Assembly: GCA_020050845.1 (NCBI GenBank)
Contig: JAGVJZ010000027.1
Location: 3,331 to 67,330, forward strand
DNA from: Gammaproteobacteria bacterium
GTDB lineage: Bacteria > Pseudomonadota > Gammaproteobacteria > UBA6002
Length of the DNA stretch: 64,000 nucleotides
Direction: 5' to 3'
The translations under genes and the position numbers were made by a program. The notes under the pieces were generated by a model. It did no database searches and was not told the origin of the DNA. It saw only the letters and a list, made by a program, of their open reading frames with translations. This document shows, piece after piece, positions 50,675 through 60,949 of this stretch. Positions within the stretch are counted from its first letter, which is position 1. Each line of letters starts with the position of its first letter.

Positions 50675-51982
50675 ATGACGCCTAATGATTTATCCAATGT
50701 TCCTAATCTTATCACCTCACTCGAAGGGCCGTTACAACAAATAGAAAAGCAACTACTAGAGAGTCAAACTTTAATAGAAAATTGGCTTGATGAGCAATTT
50801 CAGATAACAAAGCCACCCATATATTGTTCAGTCGATTTACGAAACTCGGGTTTTAAACTTGCACCCGTGGATACCAATTTATTTCCAGCGGGGTTCAATA
50901 ATCTTCATCCGGATTTTTTACCATTATGCATTCGAGCTGCCCAATCGGCTATGGCAGCTATTTGTCCAAAAGTGACAGAAATTATCTTGATCCCTGAGGA
51001 TCATACAAGAAACATGTATTATTATGAAAATGTCGCGATGATAAAGCAAATTTTTGTCAAAGCTGGCTTTAATGTAAAGATCGGATCCTTATTGCCACAG
51101 CTTAAAGAAGCTAAAACCATTAAATTGCCTTCGGGCGAATCAATCCTCTTAGAGCCACTGGTCAGACAAAATGGTCGTCTTAAGGTCAATGGCTTTTCCC
51201 CTTGCTTGGTATTGTTGAATAATGATCTATCAAGTGGCATTCCAGAGATTTTACAAAACTTATCAGAGCAGATGGTCATGCCCCCCTTAGAAGCAGGGTG
51301 GTCATCGCGTTTGAAATCAGATCACTTTGCGCATTATGCGCAAGTCGTCACAGAGTTTAGTAGTCAATTTGAACTTGATCCCTGGTTACTAGCGCCTAAC
51401 TTTCGATCTGTCGAAAATGTTAACTTTATGACCAAGCAGGGGGATGCTGATTTAATCAAGGTTGCAAAAGAATTGCTTGAGGTCATTAAGCAAAAGTATC
51501 AGGAATATGGCATCACTGAAAATCCTTATCTGGTCATAAAAGCAGATTCCGGCACTTATGGCATGGCGGTCATGACGCTTCACGATCCTTCTGCGCTTGC
51601 TGGCATGAACCGTAAGGACCGATCGCGAATGGCTAGCATTAAAGGTGGCAGAGAAGTTAACCGAGTCATTATTCAAGAAGGTGTTCATACCATCGAAACG
51701 TTTGGTAAACAAAATTCTTCTGCAGAGCCTGTGATCTATATGATTGGTCGAGAGGTGGTTGGCGGTTTTTATCGAGTGCATGGAAGCAAGGGTACCGATG
51801 AGAATTTAAATGCTCCGGGTATGAGCTTTGAATCTTTTTCTTTTGCTCAAACAGAAGATGCGGCTAAAAGTCAAAATCCAGCTAATCGCTTTTACGCCTA
51901 TAGCATAGTGAGCCGGTTAGCATTGCTCGCCGCCGCTAGAGAGTTGCAAACTGAGACAAAGAGTAAATCGTATGACTGTTAA
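50675..51982 (+). CDS. gshA: Glutamate--cysteine ligase (short proteobacterial GshA type, PF08886-like)
   Basis: 435 aa. Family resemblance plus position immediately upstream of, and overlapping, gshB. Confidence 0.55.
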   Translation: MTPNDLSNVPNLITSLEGPLQQIEKQLLESQTLIENWLDEQFQITKPPIYCSVDLRNSGFKLAPVDTNLFPAGFNNLHPDFLPLCIRAAQSAMAAICPKVTEIILIPEDHTRNMYYYENVAMIKQIFVKAGFNVKIGSLLPQLKEAKTIKLPSGESILLEPLVRQNGRLKVNGFSPCLVLLNNDLSSGIPEILQNLSEQMVMPPLEAGWSSRLKSDHFAHYAQVVTEFSSQFELDPWLLAPNFRSVENVNFMTKQGDADLIKVAKELLEVIKQKYQEYGITENPYLVIKADSGTYGMAVMTLHDPSALAGMNRKDRSRMASIKGGREVNRVIIQEGVHTIETFGKQNSSAEPVIYMIGREVVGGFYRVHGSKGTDENLNAPGMSFESFSFAQTEDAAKSQNPANRFYAYSIVSRLALLAAARELQTETKSKSYDC

Positions 51983-52919
51983 ACTTGCTGTGGTTATGGA
52001 TCCCATTTCAAAGATTCATTATGAAAAAGACACAACCTTGGCTTTTTTACAAGAAGCTCAAAGAAGAAAATGGGATTTGTTCTACCTCGAACCCAAAGAT
52101 CTGTACGTCAAGGACGGGATCGCATTTGGAATGGCAAAACCGCTACAAGTTTTTGCAGACCCAAGTCATTGGTTTGCATTAGGTGAAGTTAACCAGCAAG
52201 AACTTACCACGTTTGACATCATCCTGATGCGCAAAGATCCACCATTTAATATGGAATATATTTATACGACCTATCTACTAGAATTTGCGAAGAACCAAGG
52301 AGTATTGGTTGTTAATAATCCGCAGAGCTTAAGGGATGCCAATGAAAAATTATTCGCACAATGGTTTCCTCATTGCATGCCTCCAACCTTAGTTTCTTGC
52401 GATGGCCAGCTTTTGCATGACTTTATCCAAGAACAACAAGATGTCGTCTTAAAACCTTTACACTCGATGGGCGGAGGGTCGATTTTTCGGCTCACAGCTA
52501 AGGACTACAACATTAATGTGGTGCTTGAAGTGCTGACTGACAATGGTCGCCAACACATTATGGCTCAGCGTTTTCTTCCCGAAATTGTTAAGGGGGACAA
52601 GCGTATCTTCTTAATTGATGGTGAACCTGTGCCTTATGCAGTAGCTCGTTTACCAAAAGAGGGAGAGATACGAGGCAATTTGGCAGCGGGTGGCACTGCT
52701 AAAGGGGTAGAGCTGTCAGAGCGCGATTTCTGGCTTTGTAGCCAAATCGGAGAAACTTTGAGACAAAAGGAATTGTTATTTGTGGGGTTAGATGTGATTG
52801 GGGATTATATTACGGAAATAAATGTGACCAGTCCCACCTGCGTGAGAGAACTAGAGTCTTTTTATCCGGTTAATATTTGTGCCCAGTTTTTGGATGTATT
52901 GGAGGCCAAATTAACATGA
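51972..52919 (+). CDS. gshB: Glutathione synthetase (ATP-grasp)
   Basis: Typical GshB N-terminus (KLAVVMDPI...) and ATP-grasp C-terminus. 315 aa. Confidence 0.85.
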   Translation: MTVKLAVVMDPISKIHYEKDTTLAFLQEAQRRKWDLFYLEPKDLYVKDGIAFGMAKPLQVFADPSHWFALGEVNQQELTTFDIILMRKDPPFNMEYIYTTYLLEFAKNQGVLVVNNPQSLRDANEKLFAQWFPHCMPPTLVSCDGQLLHDFIQEQQDVVLKPLHSMGGGSIFRLTAKDYNINVVLEVLTDNGRQHIMAQRFLPEIVKGDKRIFLIDGEPVPYAVARLPKEGEIRGNLAAGGTAKGVELSERDFWLCSQIGETLRQKELLFVGLDVIGDYITEINVTSPTCVRELESFYPVNICAQFLDVLEAKLT

Positions 52920-53031
52920 TACTCGTCCACCCCAGCATTGTTATTTGTCATCCCAGCGAAGGCTGGGATCCAGAAAGTCTAAAAAGCACATAAAATTAAC
53001 CACTTATTTGTAGAACCATCTATTTTTATGT

Positions 53032-53061
53032 CTTTACAATAAAAATATGTTTATTTATAAT
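53032..53061 (+). promoter_or_regulatory. Candidate sigma-70 promoter for the ORFan at 53100
   Basis: TTTACA (53032-53037), 18-nt spacer, TATAAT (53056-53061). AT-rich context, so chance occurrence is possible. Confidence 0.3.
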
Positions 53062-53099
53062 AAACATTATCTTAAATTGTTTCAAAAACGGGAGACATT

Positions 53100-53378
53100 A
53101 TGTCAACGATCAAACAAGAAATATTAGAAATAATACGAACTGAGGATGAGACAAAGACCAAAAAAATAACCCAGATAGACTTAACGACCCATGATGTAAG
53201 CAACTTGAAACCGGAGGGAGCAGCATTACGGGACGTTGAAAAACTCTCAAACGCGTCAGTACTCGGCTTGATTGGTTTATTAAAGGATAATGTCCGCCAA
53301 TCCCCCACTAGAGTTAGTGCACCAGAGCCTGAGCTAGAGGATTTGTTGAAGCAGTTCAAAGTTACCTTGAAGAATTAA
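53100..53378 (+). CDS. Hypothetical small acidic/charged protein (ORFan, 92 aa)
   Basis: GGAG RBS 5 nt upstream. No recognisable domain. Embedded in a markedly AT-rich 450-bp stretch. Confidence 0.4.
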   Translation: MSTIKQEILEIIRTEDETKTKKITQIDLTTHDVSNLKPEGAALRDVEKLSNASVLGLIGLLKDNVRQSPTRVSAPEPELEDLLKQFKVTLKN

Positions 53379-53426
53379 GGTCAGGTTTGAAAAAAATAAA
53401 TTATAAGGTTAATTCGAAGACGTAAC

Positions 53427-54977
53427 TTACGACCGTTCCTGCTTCATTTGCTCTTCAACGAACCTAGCCTTACTACCCGGTATCTTATTAGGATATAACG
53501 TCTGAAGGCCCACCGATAGCCCATTTGAGGTCATCATACGTGCATGGGACCGATTGAGTTCGCGTGGTTCACGAACACCACAGGAGTGGCTAATTACCCC
53601 GATCTCATATTCCATATTTTTTGCATAATGATAAACCCGAACTGCCTTATTAGTTGGATCAAGTCCATAAGTATAGCGAGGGTCGTTAGACGTAATACCG
53701 GTTGGACAAGTATTCAAATGGCAGCGAAGCGCTTGGATACATCCTAAAGAAAACATAAAACCACGTGCTGAATTCACAAAATCAGCTCCGACGCATAATG
53801 CCCAAGCCACATCGGCTGGTGTTATTACTTTGCCAGAAACCACAATTTTGATCCGATCACGAAGACCATATTCAATCAAGGTATCGACCAAGACGGGTAA
53901 TGATTCTGTTATCGGTACACCCATGTAATCTATTAAGCTCATAGGAGCGGCGCCGGTTCCGCCGCCGGCACCATCTAAAGAGATATAATCCGGTGCTTCA
54001 TCTATGCCACGCCTTAAGATCTCAACACAAAGATCCTCTAACCATTCATAGCCTCCTAGACAGATTTTGAAACCAGTTGGCTTACCGGTGACATCACGAA
54101 CATGATTCACAAAATCAAGAAGCTCTTTTGAGTTAGAAATTTCTGGATGACGGTTTGGGCTGATAGAGTCTTGGTGAACAGGGATGCCTCGAATTGCAGC
54201 GACTTCTTCATCTACTTTGATGGCGGGAAGAATCCCACCTTTGCCAGGTTTTGCTCCCTGACTGAGTTTAACTTCAAACATCACGATTTGGGGAAGAGCC
54301 GCCATCTCTTTGAGACGTTCATCACTTAATTTACCGTCAAGGGTCCTAAAGCCATATTTTGCTGTTCCAATTTGAGCGACAAGGTCAGCGCCACCTTCAA
54401 GATGATAAGGGGAAACTCCGCCTTCTCCTGTATTTAACCAGCAGCCAGCCATTTTGGCACCATGTGAGAGTGCGAGGATTGCATTTTTAGAAAGAGCGCC
54501 ATAACTCATCGCTGAAATATTGAAAATAGACTTAGCGACATAAGTATGTTTGCAGTTGTCACCAATGGTAAGTGGTTTAGTTTCAACGGCGTCTTGATTC
54601 AACACAGGAAACGGCGCATCGACAAATAAAACGGTACCAGTTGGTTTTAAATCTCGGGTCGAACCGAAGCTGACCATATTATTAAGATCTTTTGCAGCCC
54701 TATAGACCCAAGAACGTTGTGCCCGATTGAATGGTAGTTCATCTCGATCACCCTCGAACCAGTATTGGCGTAAATAAACACCTAGGTCTTCAGTGATATA
54801 ACGTAAATGACCAATGATGGGATAATTGCGAAGAATTGCACGAGCTTTCTGATGTTTATCATAGAAATAAAGAATGATTAAACTGAGCACAATAAAAATT
54901 AAAACAGCCAGAAAGAATAAATCACTAAAGTCGATCACTCTATCAATTAGCACATCTATGAGTGAGTGATTAAACAT
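53427..54977 (-). CDS. FMN-binding glutamate synthase domain-2 family protein (GltS-like) with N-terminal TM anchor
   Basis: PF01645-like core (GEGG ... GGTGAAP). 516 aa. Confidence 0.7.
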   Translation of the reverse strand: MFNHSLIDVLIDRVIDFSDLFFLAVLIFIVLSLIILYFYDKHQKARAILRNYPIIGHLRYITEDLGVYLRQYWFEGDRDELPFNRAQRSWVYRAAKDLNNMVSFGSTRDLKPTGTVLFVDAPFPVLNQDAVETKPLTIGDNCKHTYVAKSIFNISAMSYGALSKNAILALSHGAKMAGCWLNTGEGGVSPYHLEGGADLVAQIGTAKYGFRTLDGKLSDERLKEMAALPQIVMFEVKLSQGAKPGKGGILPAIKVDEEVAAIRGIPVHQDSISPNRHPEISNSKELLDFVNHVRDVTGKPTGFKICLGGYEWLEDLCVEILRRGIDEAPDYISLDGAGGGTGAAPMSLIDYMGVPITESLPVLVDTLIEYGLRDRIKIVVSGKVITPADVAWALCVGADFVNSARGFMFSLGCIQALRCHLNTCPTGITSNDPRYTYGLDPTNKAVRVYHYAKNMEYEIGVISHSCGVREPRELNRSHARMMTSNGLSVGLQTLYPNKIPGSKARFVEEQMKQERS

Positions 54978-55065
54978 GCGGGTTCTCCATTCTTCCTAGA
55001 AACTAAGAATAGCATATGTGAGAGAGGGTTGTAGGTAACAGAAGAGCTTAGGGGTCAGAAACTAA

Positions 55066-56778
55066 CTATTCTCCTGTTGCAGCCCCATTAGACCGACGAC
55101 TATCCATCGCGCCATTAAGTAAGTGAGAAGTAGGATCTTTGAGTATTCCAGCAACCGCTCCCCATAAAAGACTCCCGTAAGGCGATCCAAGCTGAAATTG
55201 GTATCCCATCTTTTCGAGCAAACGTTGGGTATCAACTGAAAAAGTAAAAGGTTCCATATAGACCCGGTCAGGCAACCACTGCATGTGAAAACGGGGCATA
55301 TCCTCGGCTTCTTGGATGTTCATTCCATACTCAATCACATTCAAAATGACATTGACCAGCTGAGAGGGAATAGTCGAACCGCCGGGGGTACCAATTACCA
55401 TAAAGAGCTGGTTGTTTTGGGTAATAATGGTAGGTGCCATGGAACTTAGCGGTTGCTTATTGGGAGCCATTAAGTTTGGCCAGCCTTGGTACAAGCCATA
55501 ATTGTTGGCGGTATTTGGCTTAATAGTAAAGTCGGCTAGTTCATTGTTCAAAAAGAAGCCGGTGTCACCTGGAATAACTTTCGCACCAAAATAATCATTT
55601 AATGTATAACTAACCGAAACCGCTGTGCCTTCCTTGTCGACAATTACATAAGCTGTAGTATTGGCTCCTTCCGTTGTGAAATGAATAAAAGAAGAAGGCG
55701 TTGCTCGGTCAGGTTTAATACGAGTTCGGATTTTTTGGATATGTGAGGGTGACAGCAACTTTGCAACAGGATTGGCAACAAAGAGAGGATCACCTAAAAA
55801 TTGATTTCGATCTGCGTAGGAAAATCTAAATGCTTCTAAAACATAGTGTGAGCCCATTGCCGAATGAAATCCAAATTGCCGTAATGGATATGCTTCTAAG
55901 ATTTTAAGTGCTTCACAGACGGTGACTCCGGACCCCGGAGGTGGTGTGGTAATAATGTGAAAATTTTTATAGTCGCACTGTAGGGGAGCTGCTTCCGTGA
56001 CTGTGTAGTTAAGAAGGTCTTCTTTCGTAATGGATCCTCCGCCTAGGCTAGAGGCGGTCACGATTTTCTCGGCAACTTCTCCTTGGTAAAATCCGGCGGA
56101 CCCATTTTTCGCAATGTTCTTTAATGTTTGGGCAAGCTCTCTTTGCACTAAGCGTTCACCATTAAGATAAGTCCGGTTATTCTTTAAAAATATTTTAGCG
56201 ACGTTGGGTTCATTTCGAAAATTCGCTTCTTGTAATTTAAAGATACTGGCATCTCCTGGCAGCACATTGAAACCATTTTCAGCTAATTTAATAGCAGGTG
56301 CCATGACTGTCGCTAAAGGTTTAGTTCCATACTTCTCTAACGCAGTATTTAATCCTTTTACTGTTCCAGGTATACCTACTGCTAAGTAGGGTTTTTGCAA
56401 ACCTTGGTTCATATGTCCAGTACTCAAATAGTCATTTATGACTCTACCTTGCTGATCAATATACTGGTTGATATTTATATGAGCAGGCGCTTTTTCACGA
56501 AAATTTATGAAGGTGCTTTTGCCATTAGCAAATCGAATTAGCATAAAACCACCGCCACCAATGTTACCGCAACAAGGATGAACGACTGCAAGTGCATAAC
56601 CGACTGCCACAGCAGCGTCGATAGCATTGCCGCCTGCTTTGAGGATATTATTGCCAACCTCTGTGGCATAGAGATGTCCAGAAACGACCATGTCTTTTGA
56701 GCTCGTAGCAGGTGCCGGAAATGCACCGTAGACCAAATTACTAATCAGAAGCATCAGAGCAATGATTAACTTTGACAT
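55066..56778 (-). CDS. ggt: Gamma-glutamyltransferase (periplasmic, Ntn hydrolase)
   Basis: Signal peptide, GGT family conservation with nucleophile Thr region (EGANTTAYVIVDKEGTAVS) and a C-terminal small-subunit motif. Confidence 0.85.
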   Translation of the reverse strand: MSKLIIALMLLISNLVYGAFPAPATSSKDMVVSGHLYATEVGNNILKAGGNAIDAAVAVGYALAVVHPCCGNIGGGGFMLIRFANGKSTFINFREKAPAHININQYIDQQGRVINDYLSTGHMNQGLQKPYLAVGIPGTVKGLNTALEKYGTKPLATVMAPAIKLAENGFNVLPGDASIFKLQEANFRNEPNVAKIFLKNNRTYLNGERLVQRELAQTLKNIAKNGSAGFYQGEVAEKIVTASSLGGGSITKEDLLNYTVTEAAPLQCDYKNFHIITTPPPGSGVTVCEALKILEAYPLRQFGFHSAMGSHYVLEAFRFSYADRNQFLGDPLFVANPVAKLLSPSHIQKIRTRIKPDRATPSSFIHFTTEGANTTAYVIVDKEGTAVSVSYTLNDYFGAKVIPGDTGFFLNNELADFTIKPNTANNYGLYQGWPNLMAPNKQPLSSMAPTIITQNNQLFMVIGTPGGSTIPSQLVNVILNVIEYGMNIQEAEDMPRFHMQWLPDRVYMEPFTFSVDTQRLLEKMGYQFQLGSPYGSLLWGAVAGILKDPTSHLLNGAMDSRRSNGAATGE

Positions 56779-56807
56779 AGTCCCTCTTTCATTTAATACT
56801 CAATCCG

Positions 56808-57533
56808 ATGATTGCGATTTATTTAGATGATCCCAATAGAATAGAAACAGCACAGCAGTTAGCATCGAAGCTGCGATTGCCGATTACACCGACGCCTCAC
56901 GGCTATCCTATCTTACTCGTGATCACATCAGCAAGATTAGAGCTGCGATTACCTGATTCTCATTTCAAACCGATTTATGTCGATTTTCTGGGTGCTAATT
57001 GGTCGCATCGTTTAAAGCAAATCGGCCGTGATAATGAATTAATTGCCAAAGCAGTCGGCATTAAAAAAAGTTTTCGACCGACGATCGTGGACGCTACTGC
57101 AGGTTTAGGAGGCGATGCTTTAGTGCTTAGCGCATTAGGTTGTCGTGTAACTATGATCGAGCGCTCTCCTATCATTGCAGCTTTGTTACGTGATGGTCTG
57201 GAGCGCGCAAAGTTTGAACAACTCGAATTACTTGAGGGCGATACCAAACAAATCTTGCCGAATTTAGCGAAGCGACAAAGCATTGATGTTGTTTACTTGG
57301 ATCCGATGTTTCCAATTCGAACCAAGTCCGCGCTTGTTAAAAAAGAAATGCGAGTCTTAAAGGAAATCGTTGGCGAAGATCCAGATAGTTCAGAACTGTT
57401 GAACATTGCGCTACCCTTAGTACAAAAGCGGGTTGTGGTGAAAAGACCCCTTCATGCTGCAACACTAACCTCGTTACAGCCGGACATCACTTACAAGGGA
57501 AAAGCTACCCGTTTTGATGTCTATTTGAAGTAA
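56808..57533 (+). CDS. rsmJ: 16S rRNA (guanine1516-N2)-methyltransferase
   Basis: VDATAGLGGDALVLSALGCRVTMIERSPIIAALL matches the RsmJ (YhiQ/DUF548) core. 241 aa. Confidence 0.8.
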   Translation: MIAIYLDDPNRIETAQQLASKLRLPITPTPHGYPILLVITSARLELRLPDSHFKPIYVDFLGANWSHRLKQIGRDNELIAKAVGIKKSFRPTIVDATAGLGGDALVLSALGCRVTMIERSPIIAALLRDGLERAKFEQLELLEGDTKQILPNLAKRQSIDVVYLDPMFPIRTKSALVKKEMRVLKEIVGEDPDSSELLNIALPLVQKRVVVKRPLHAATLTSLQPDITYKGKATRFDVYLK

Positions 57534-57564
57534 CATGTAGCCTAAGGTTTTACCCAGAAAACAT

Positions 57565-59466
57565 TTAAACCACACCTTCCGCCAAATCGCCTTTTGTTTC
57601 TAACCACACCTTCCGATCGGAAGCACGTTTCTTCGACAACAACATATCCATTAATTCGTCAGTGTTATCGCCATCGGTCACTAAAAGTTGCACTAAGCGC
57701 CGAGTTTCAGGAGCCATGGTCGTTTCGCGTAATTGCAGTGGATTCATCTCACCCAATCCTTTAAATCGCTGGACATTGACCGTGCCTTTTTTCTTTTCTG
57801 CAGCGATTCTATCTAATGTTCCTTTTTTCTCTGCTTCATCAAGCGCGTAGTAAACTTCTTTGCCGATATCAATTCTAAAAAGAGGCGGCATTGCGACAAA
57901 AACATGTCCCGCGGCGACTAATGGTTTGAAGTGCTTTAAGAACAAAGCGCAGAGCAAAGTTGCAATGTGTTGACCATCGGAATCTGCATCAGCCAGGATG
58001 CAAATTTTGTTATAGCGTAAAGATTCAAGGTTGGAAGAACCGGGATCGATTCCGATAGCGACTGAAATATCATGGATTTCTTGTGAGTTTAAGATCTCAT
58101 CAGAATTAACTTCCCACGTATTGAGAATCTTACCGCGTAATGGCATTACTGCTTGGAATTCTCTATTACGCGCTTGTTTTGCTGAACCCCCTGCCGAATC
58201 ACCCTCTACTAGAAATAACTCACCCTGTCGTGGATCAGAAGAAGAGCAGTCTGCTAATTTCCCAGGCAGTGCCGGTCCTGCCGTCACTTTTTTACGAATT
58301 ATTTTTTTACTGTCTCGTGAGCGTCGTTGCGCATTGTTAATTGCTAATTCAGCGAGGCTTTCGCCAATCGAAACATGTTGGTTGAGATATAAACTAAAAG
58401 CGTCTTTCACCACACCAGAAACAAATGTTACGCATTCTCTAGAAGAGAGTCGTTCTTTGGTCTGTCCAGAAAACTGTGGTTCTTGGATTTTGACTGAGAG
58501 AACATAGTTACAGTTATCCCAAATATCTTCCGCACTGAGTTTCAATCCTCGAGGTAGGAGCTTTCGAATTTCACAAAATTCACGCATCGCTTCCAGTAAA
58601 CCTGCTCGAAAGCCATTCACATGGGTACCGCCTTGAACTGTGGGGATCAAATTGACATAACTTTCGCCAATCACTGTGCCCGTTTCAGGTAACCATGAAA
58701 CAGCCCAGTCCACTGCCTCAATGCCACCACTAAAACTACCGACAAAAGGTTCTTCTGGTATTCGATCATCTTCAGGCAGGCTATTGCGTAAGTAATCTTT
58801 TAATCCTTGTTCGTAATACCAACTTTCTGCCTTGCCTGCAGATTCATCATGGAAATAAACATGCAGACCTGGGCACAATACTGCTTTAGCTCGTAAAGCA
58901 TGTTTCAAATGACTAATCGAAAATTTTGCGCTATCAAAATATTTCGGATCGGGCCAGAAGCGTACCGTTGTACCTGCTTCACGTTTATTCGCTGTCCCCA
59001 CTACTTTGAGATCTGACGTTTTATCACCGTTTGCAAACGACATCTGATAGATCTGACCATTGCGTTTAACGGTCACTTCCAATTTTAAAGACAAAGCATT
59101 TACCACTGAAATGCCGACCCCGTGCAAACCACCGGAAAACTTATAATTTTTATTTGAAAACTTCGCGCCAGCGTGAAGACGAGTGAGGATCAGCTCGACA
59201 CCTGGTATACCTTCTTCTGGATGCAGATCAACTGGCATTCCTCGGCCATCATCAACGACTTCTAATGACCCATCTTTATAGACTGTTACTGAGAGCTGTG
59301 AAGCATGGCCTGCAATTGCTTCATCGACGCTATTATCAATCGCTTCAAAACCGAGGTGATTAGGATTGCGAGTATCGGTATACATTCCTGGTCGTTTACG
59401 AACAGGGTCCAGTCCGCTTAATACTTCAATCGCTTCGGCTGTATAGGCACTATTGGCTTGTGGCAT
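57565..59466 (-). CDS. parE: DNA topoisomerase IV subunit B
   Basis: GHKL ATPase, Toprim (EGDSAGG) and C-terminal domain. 633 aa when started at the ATG at 59466. Paired with parC elsewhere in the window. Confidence 0.85.
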   Translation of the reverse strand: MPQANSAYTAEAIEVLSGLDPVRKRPGMYTDTRNPNHLGFEAIDNSVDEAIAGHASQLSVTVYKDGSLEVVDDGRGMPVDLHPEEGIPGVELILTRLHAGAKFSNKNYKFSGGLHGVGISVVNALSLKLEVTVKRNGQIYQMSFANGDKTSDLKVVGTANKREAGTTVRFWPDPKYFDSAKFSISHLKHALRAKAVLCPGLHVYFHDESAGKAESWYYEQGLKDYLRNSLPEDDRIPEEPFVGSFSGGIEAVDWAVSWLPETGTVIGESYVNLIPTVQGGTHVNGFRAGLLEAMREFCEIRKLLPRGLKLSAEDIWDNCNYVLSVKIQEPQFSGQTKERLSSRECVTFVSGVVKDAFSLYLNQHVSIGESLAELAINNAQRRSRDSKKIIRKKVTAGPALPGKLADCSSSDPRQGELFLVEGDSAGGSAKQARNREFQAVMPLRGKILNTWEVNSDEILNSQEIHDISVAIGIDPGSSNLESLRYNKICILADADSDGQHIATLLCALFLKHFKPLVAAGHVFVAMPPLFRIDIGKEVYYALDEAEKKGTLDRIAAEKKKGTVNVQRFKGLGEMNPLQLRETTMAPETRRLVQLLVTDGDNTDELMDMLLSKKRASDRKVWLETKGDLAEGVV

Positions 59467-59476
59467 AAAAAACCTT

Positions 59477-60091
59477 TTATCTCTTATCGTTAAATATGTG
59501 TAGGTTGAGTTGCAACCATTGTATGGCAATAATGCTCAGAGCATTATTAATTCTTCCACTTTGAACCATGTCGTACGCTTCTTGACGGTTCACTACGTGG
59601 ACATAGATATCTTCATGTTCTTCAGGTAAGCCATGAATACCGCCGGCTTCTCTAGCATCCACTTCTGCACAATATAAAGTAAGATATTCACTGCTACCAC
59701 CCGGACTGACCCAGTATTCACAAATTTTATGCAGCTTCGATGCTTCAAGACCACTTTCCTCTTTCAGTTCACGCGTAATCAACTCTTCAGGATTTTGATC
59801 TTGATCTCCTAACATACCGGCAACCGCTTCAAGTAACCAGGGACTTCGCGCTTGGATTGCACCAATTCGACATTGCTCGATCAACACGACTTTATCTAAA
59901 CAAGGATCGTAAGGAAGTGCGGCCGCTATGGGTTTTCGTGAAGCAATTTCACGAGTAATGAGATCACTCCAGCCACCTTCAAATAATCGATGACGTAGCT
60001 TATAAACTTTAATCTCGGCAAACCCTTTATAAAGAGTTTCTTCCGAGTGTACTTCAAGATCTTTGTCCTTAGTAAAGTTAAAATCCTTCAT
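59477..60091 (-). CDS. nudF: ADP-ribose pyrophosphatase (Nudix)
   Basis: Nudix box GMLGDQDQNPEELITRELKEESG. Divergent from the tolC neighbourhood, as in E. coli. Confidence 0.75.
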   Translation of the reverse strand: MKDFNFTKDKDLEVHSEETLYKGFAEIKVYKLRHRLFEGGWSDLITREIASRKPIAAALPYDPCLDKVVLIEQCRIGAIQARSPWLLEAVAGMLGDQDQNPEELITRELKEESGLEASKLHKICEYWVSPGGSSEYLTLYCAEVDAREAGGIHGLPEEHEDIYVHVVNRQEAYDMVQSGRINNALSIIAIQWLQLNLHIFNDKR

Positions 60092-60219
60092 CGGTCCTCA
60101 TCTATTCAATATATAATTTTTCATTTGTTCACAAGTTGTTTACAATCGCGAAAACACTATACGCCTGTACCTACCATGTCTTCAAGATTTTGACTGGTAA
60201 CCCATTAATAACAGGGACA

Positions 60220-60918
60220 ATGATGACCAAGGATGTTTTCGCACAATTATCTCTAAGAAATCCAAAGAACTTCGTCACTGCTCGAACTAATATGATGAAA
60301 CAACAGATCAGAACATGGGATGTGTTTGACAAAAAAATCTTAGAGCTATTTTTTAAAGTGCCCCGCGAAGATTATATGCCTCCTGCCTTTAAAGAACTTG
60401 CCTATGCCGATATTGCGATACCGCTTGGCCATGGTCAATCCATGATGCCACCAAGGGAGGAGGCTCGAGTCCTACAACAACTTAAAATTACTCCCGAAGA
60501 TAAAGTTTTATTGTTAGGGATTGATAGTGGTTATCTAATCAATCTCTTATCGAGATTAGCTCGTGAAGTTTACTATGTGAGTGATGATTTAGAGTTTTTT
60601 GAAGACGCTAAGCAGAAAATTACTACTCAAAAACTTCCTAATGTCATCATGATGACCGGTAGTATTAATCATGGTTGGCAACAACTGATCCCTTATGACG
60701 TTATTTTATTAACAGGTTCATTGCCTTCTATACCCGATGAGTTGAGAAATGCCTTAACGATAGATGGTCGTTTATTTCTGGTAACTGGTGAATTTCCGAT
60801 TATGGAAGCCATTTTCATCCACAGAACCTCCAAGGATGCTTGGCAGGAAACCAAACTTTATGAAACAGACCGTCCACGAATGCTGGATGTACAAGACTTC
60901 GATAAATTTCAATTTTAA
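60220..60918 (+). CDS. Protein-L-isoaspartate O-methyltransferase family protein (Pcm-like)
   Basis: PIMT-like motifs (VPREDYMP, YADIAIPLGHGQSM). Start set at the tandem ATGs at 60220/60223. Confidence 0.55.
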   Translation: MMTKDVFAQLSLRNPKNFVTARTNMMKQQIRTWDVFDKKILELFFKVPREDYMPPAFKELAYADIAIPLGHGQSMMPPREEARVLQQLKITPEDKVLLLGIDSGYLINLLSRLAREVYYVSDDLEFFEDAKQKITTQKLPNVIMMTGSINHGWQQLIPYDVILLTGSLPSIPDELRNALTIDGRLFLVTGEFPIMEAIFIHRTSKDAWQETKLYETDRPRMLDVQDFDKFQF

Positions 60919-60949
60919 GGAAAGTATTGCTGATAAGGCAAAATTAGAT

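Noticed and set aside
53072-53359. 95-aa minus-strand ORF overlapping the 53100-53378 ORFan
   Set aside because: The plus-strand ORF has a GGAG RBS and an upstream -35/-10 pair, whereas the minus ORF has neither. Only one can be real, and the plus strand was chosen.
4392-58507. Numerous 60-160-aa ORFs on the opposite strand of, or out of frame within, long conserved genes (e.g. 4392-4583, 7843-8169, 9619-10044, 16304-16558, 46383-46754, 47808-48236, 58031-58507)
   Set aside because: They lie inside well-supported housekeeping CDSs, lack RBSs and have biased, low-complexity composition. They are typical shadow ORFs.
59467-59529. 21-codon N-terminal extension of parE overlapping nudF
   Set aside because: The conserved ParE N-terminus begins at MPQANSAY (ATG at 59466). 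The extension overlaps the nudF coding sequence on the same strand.
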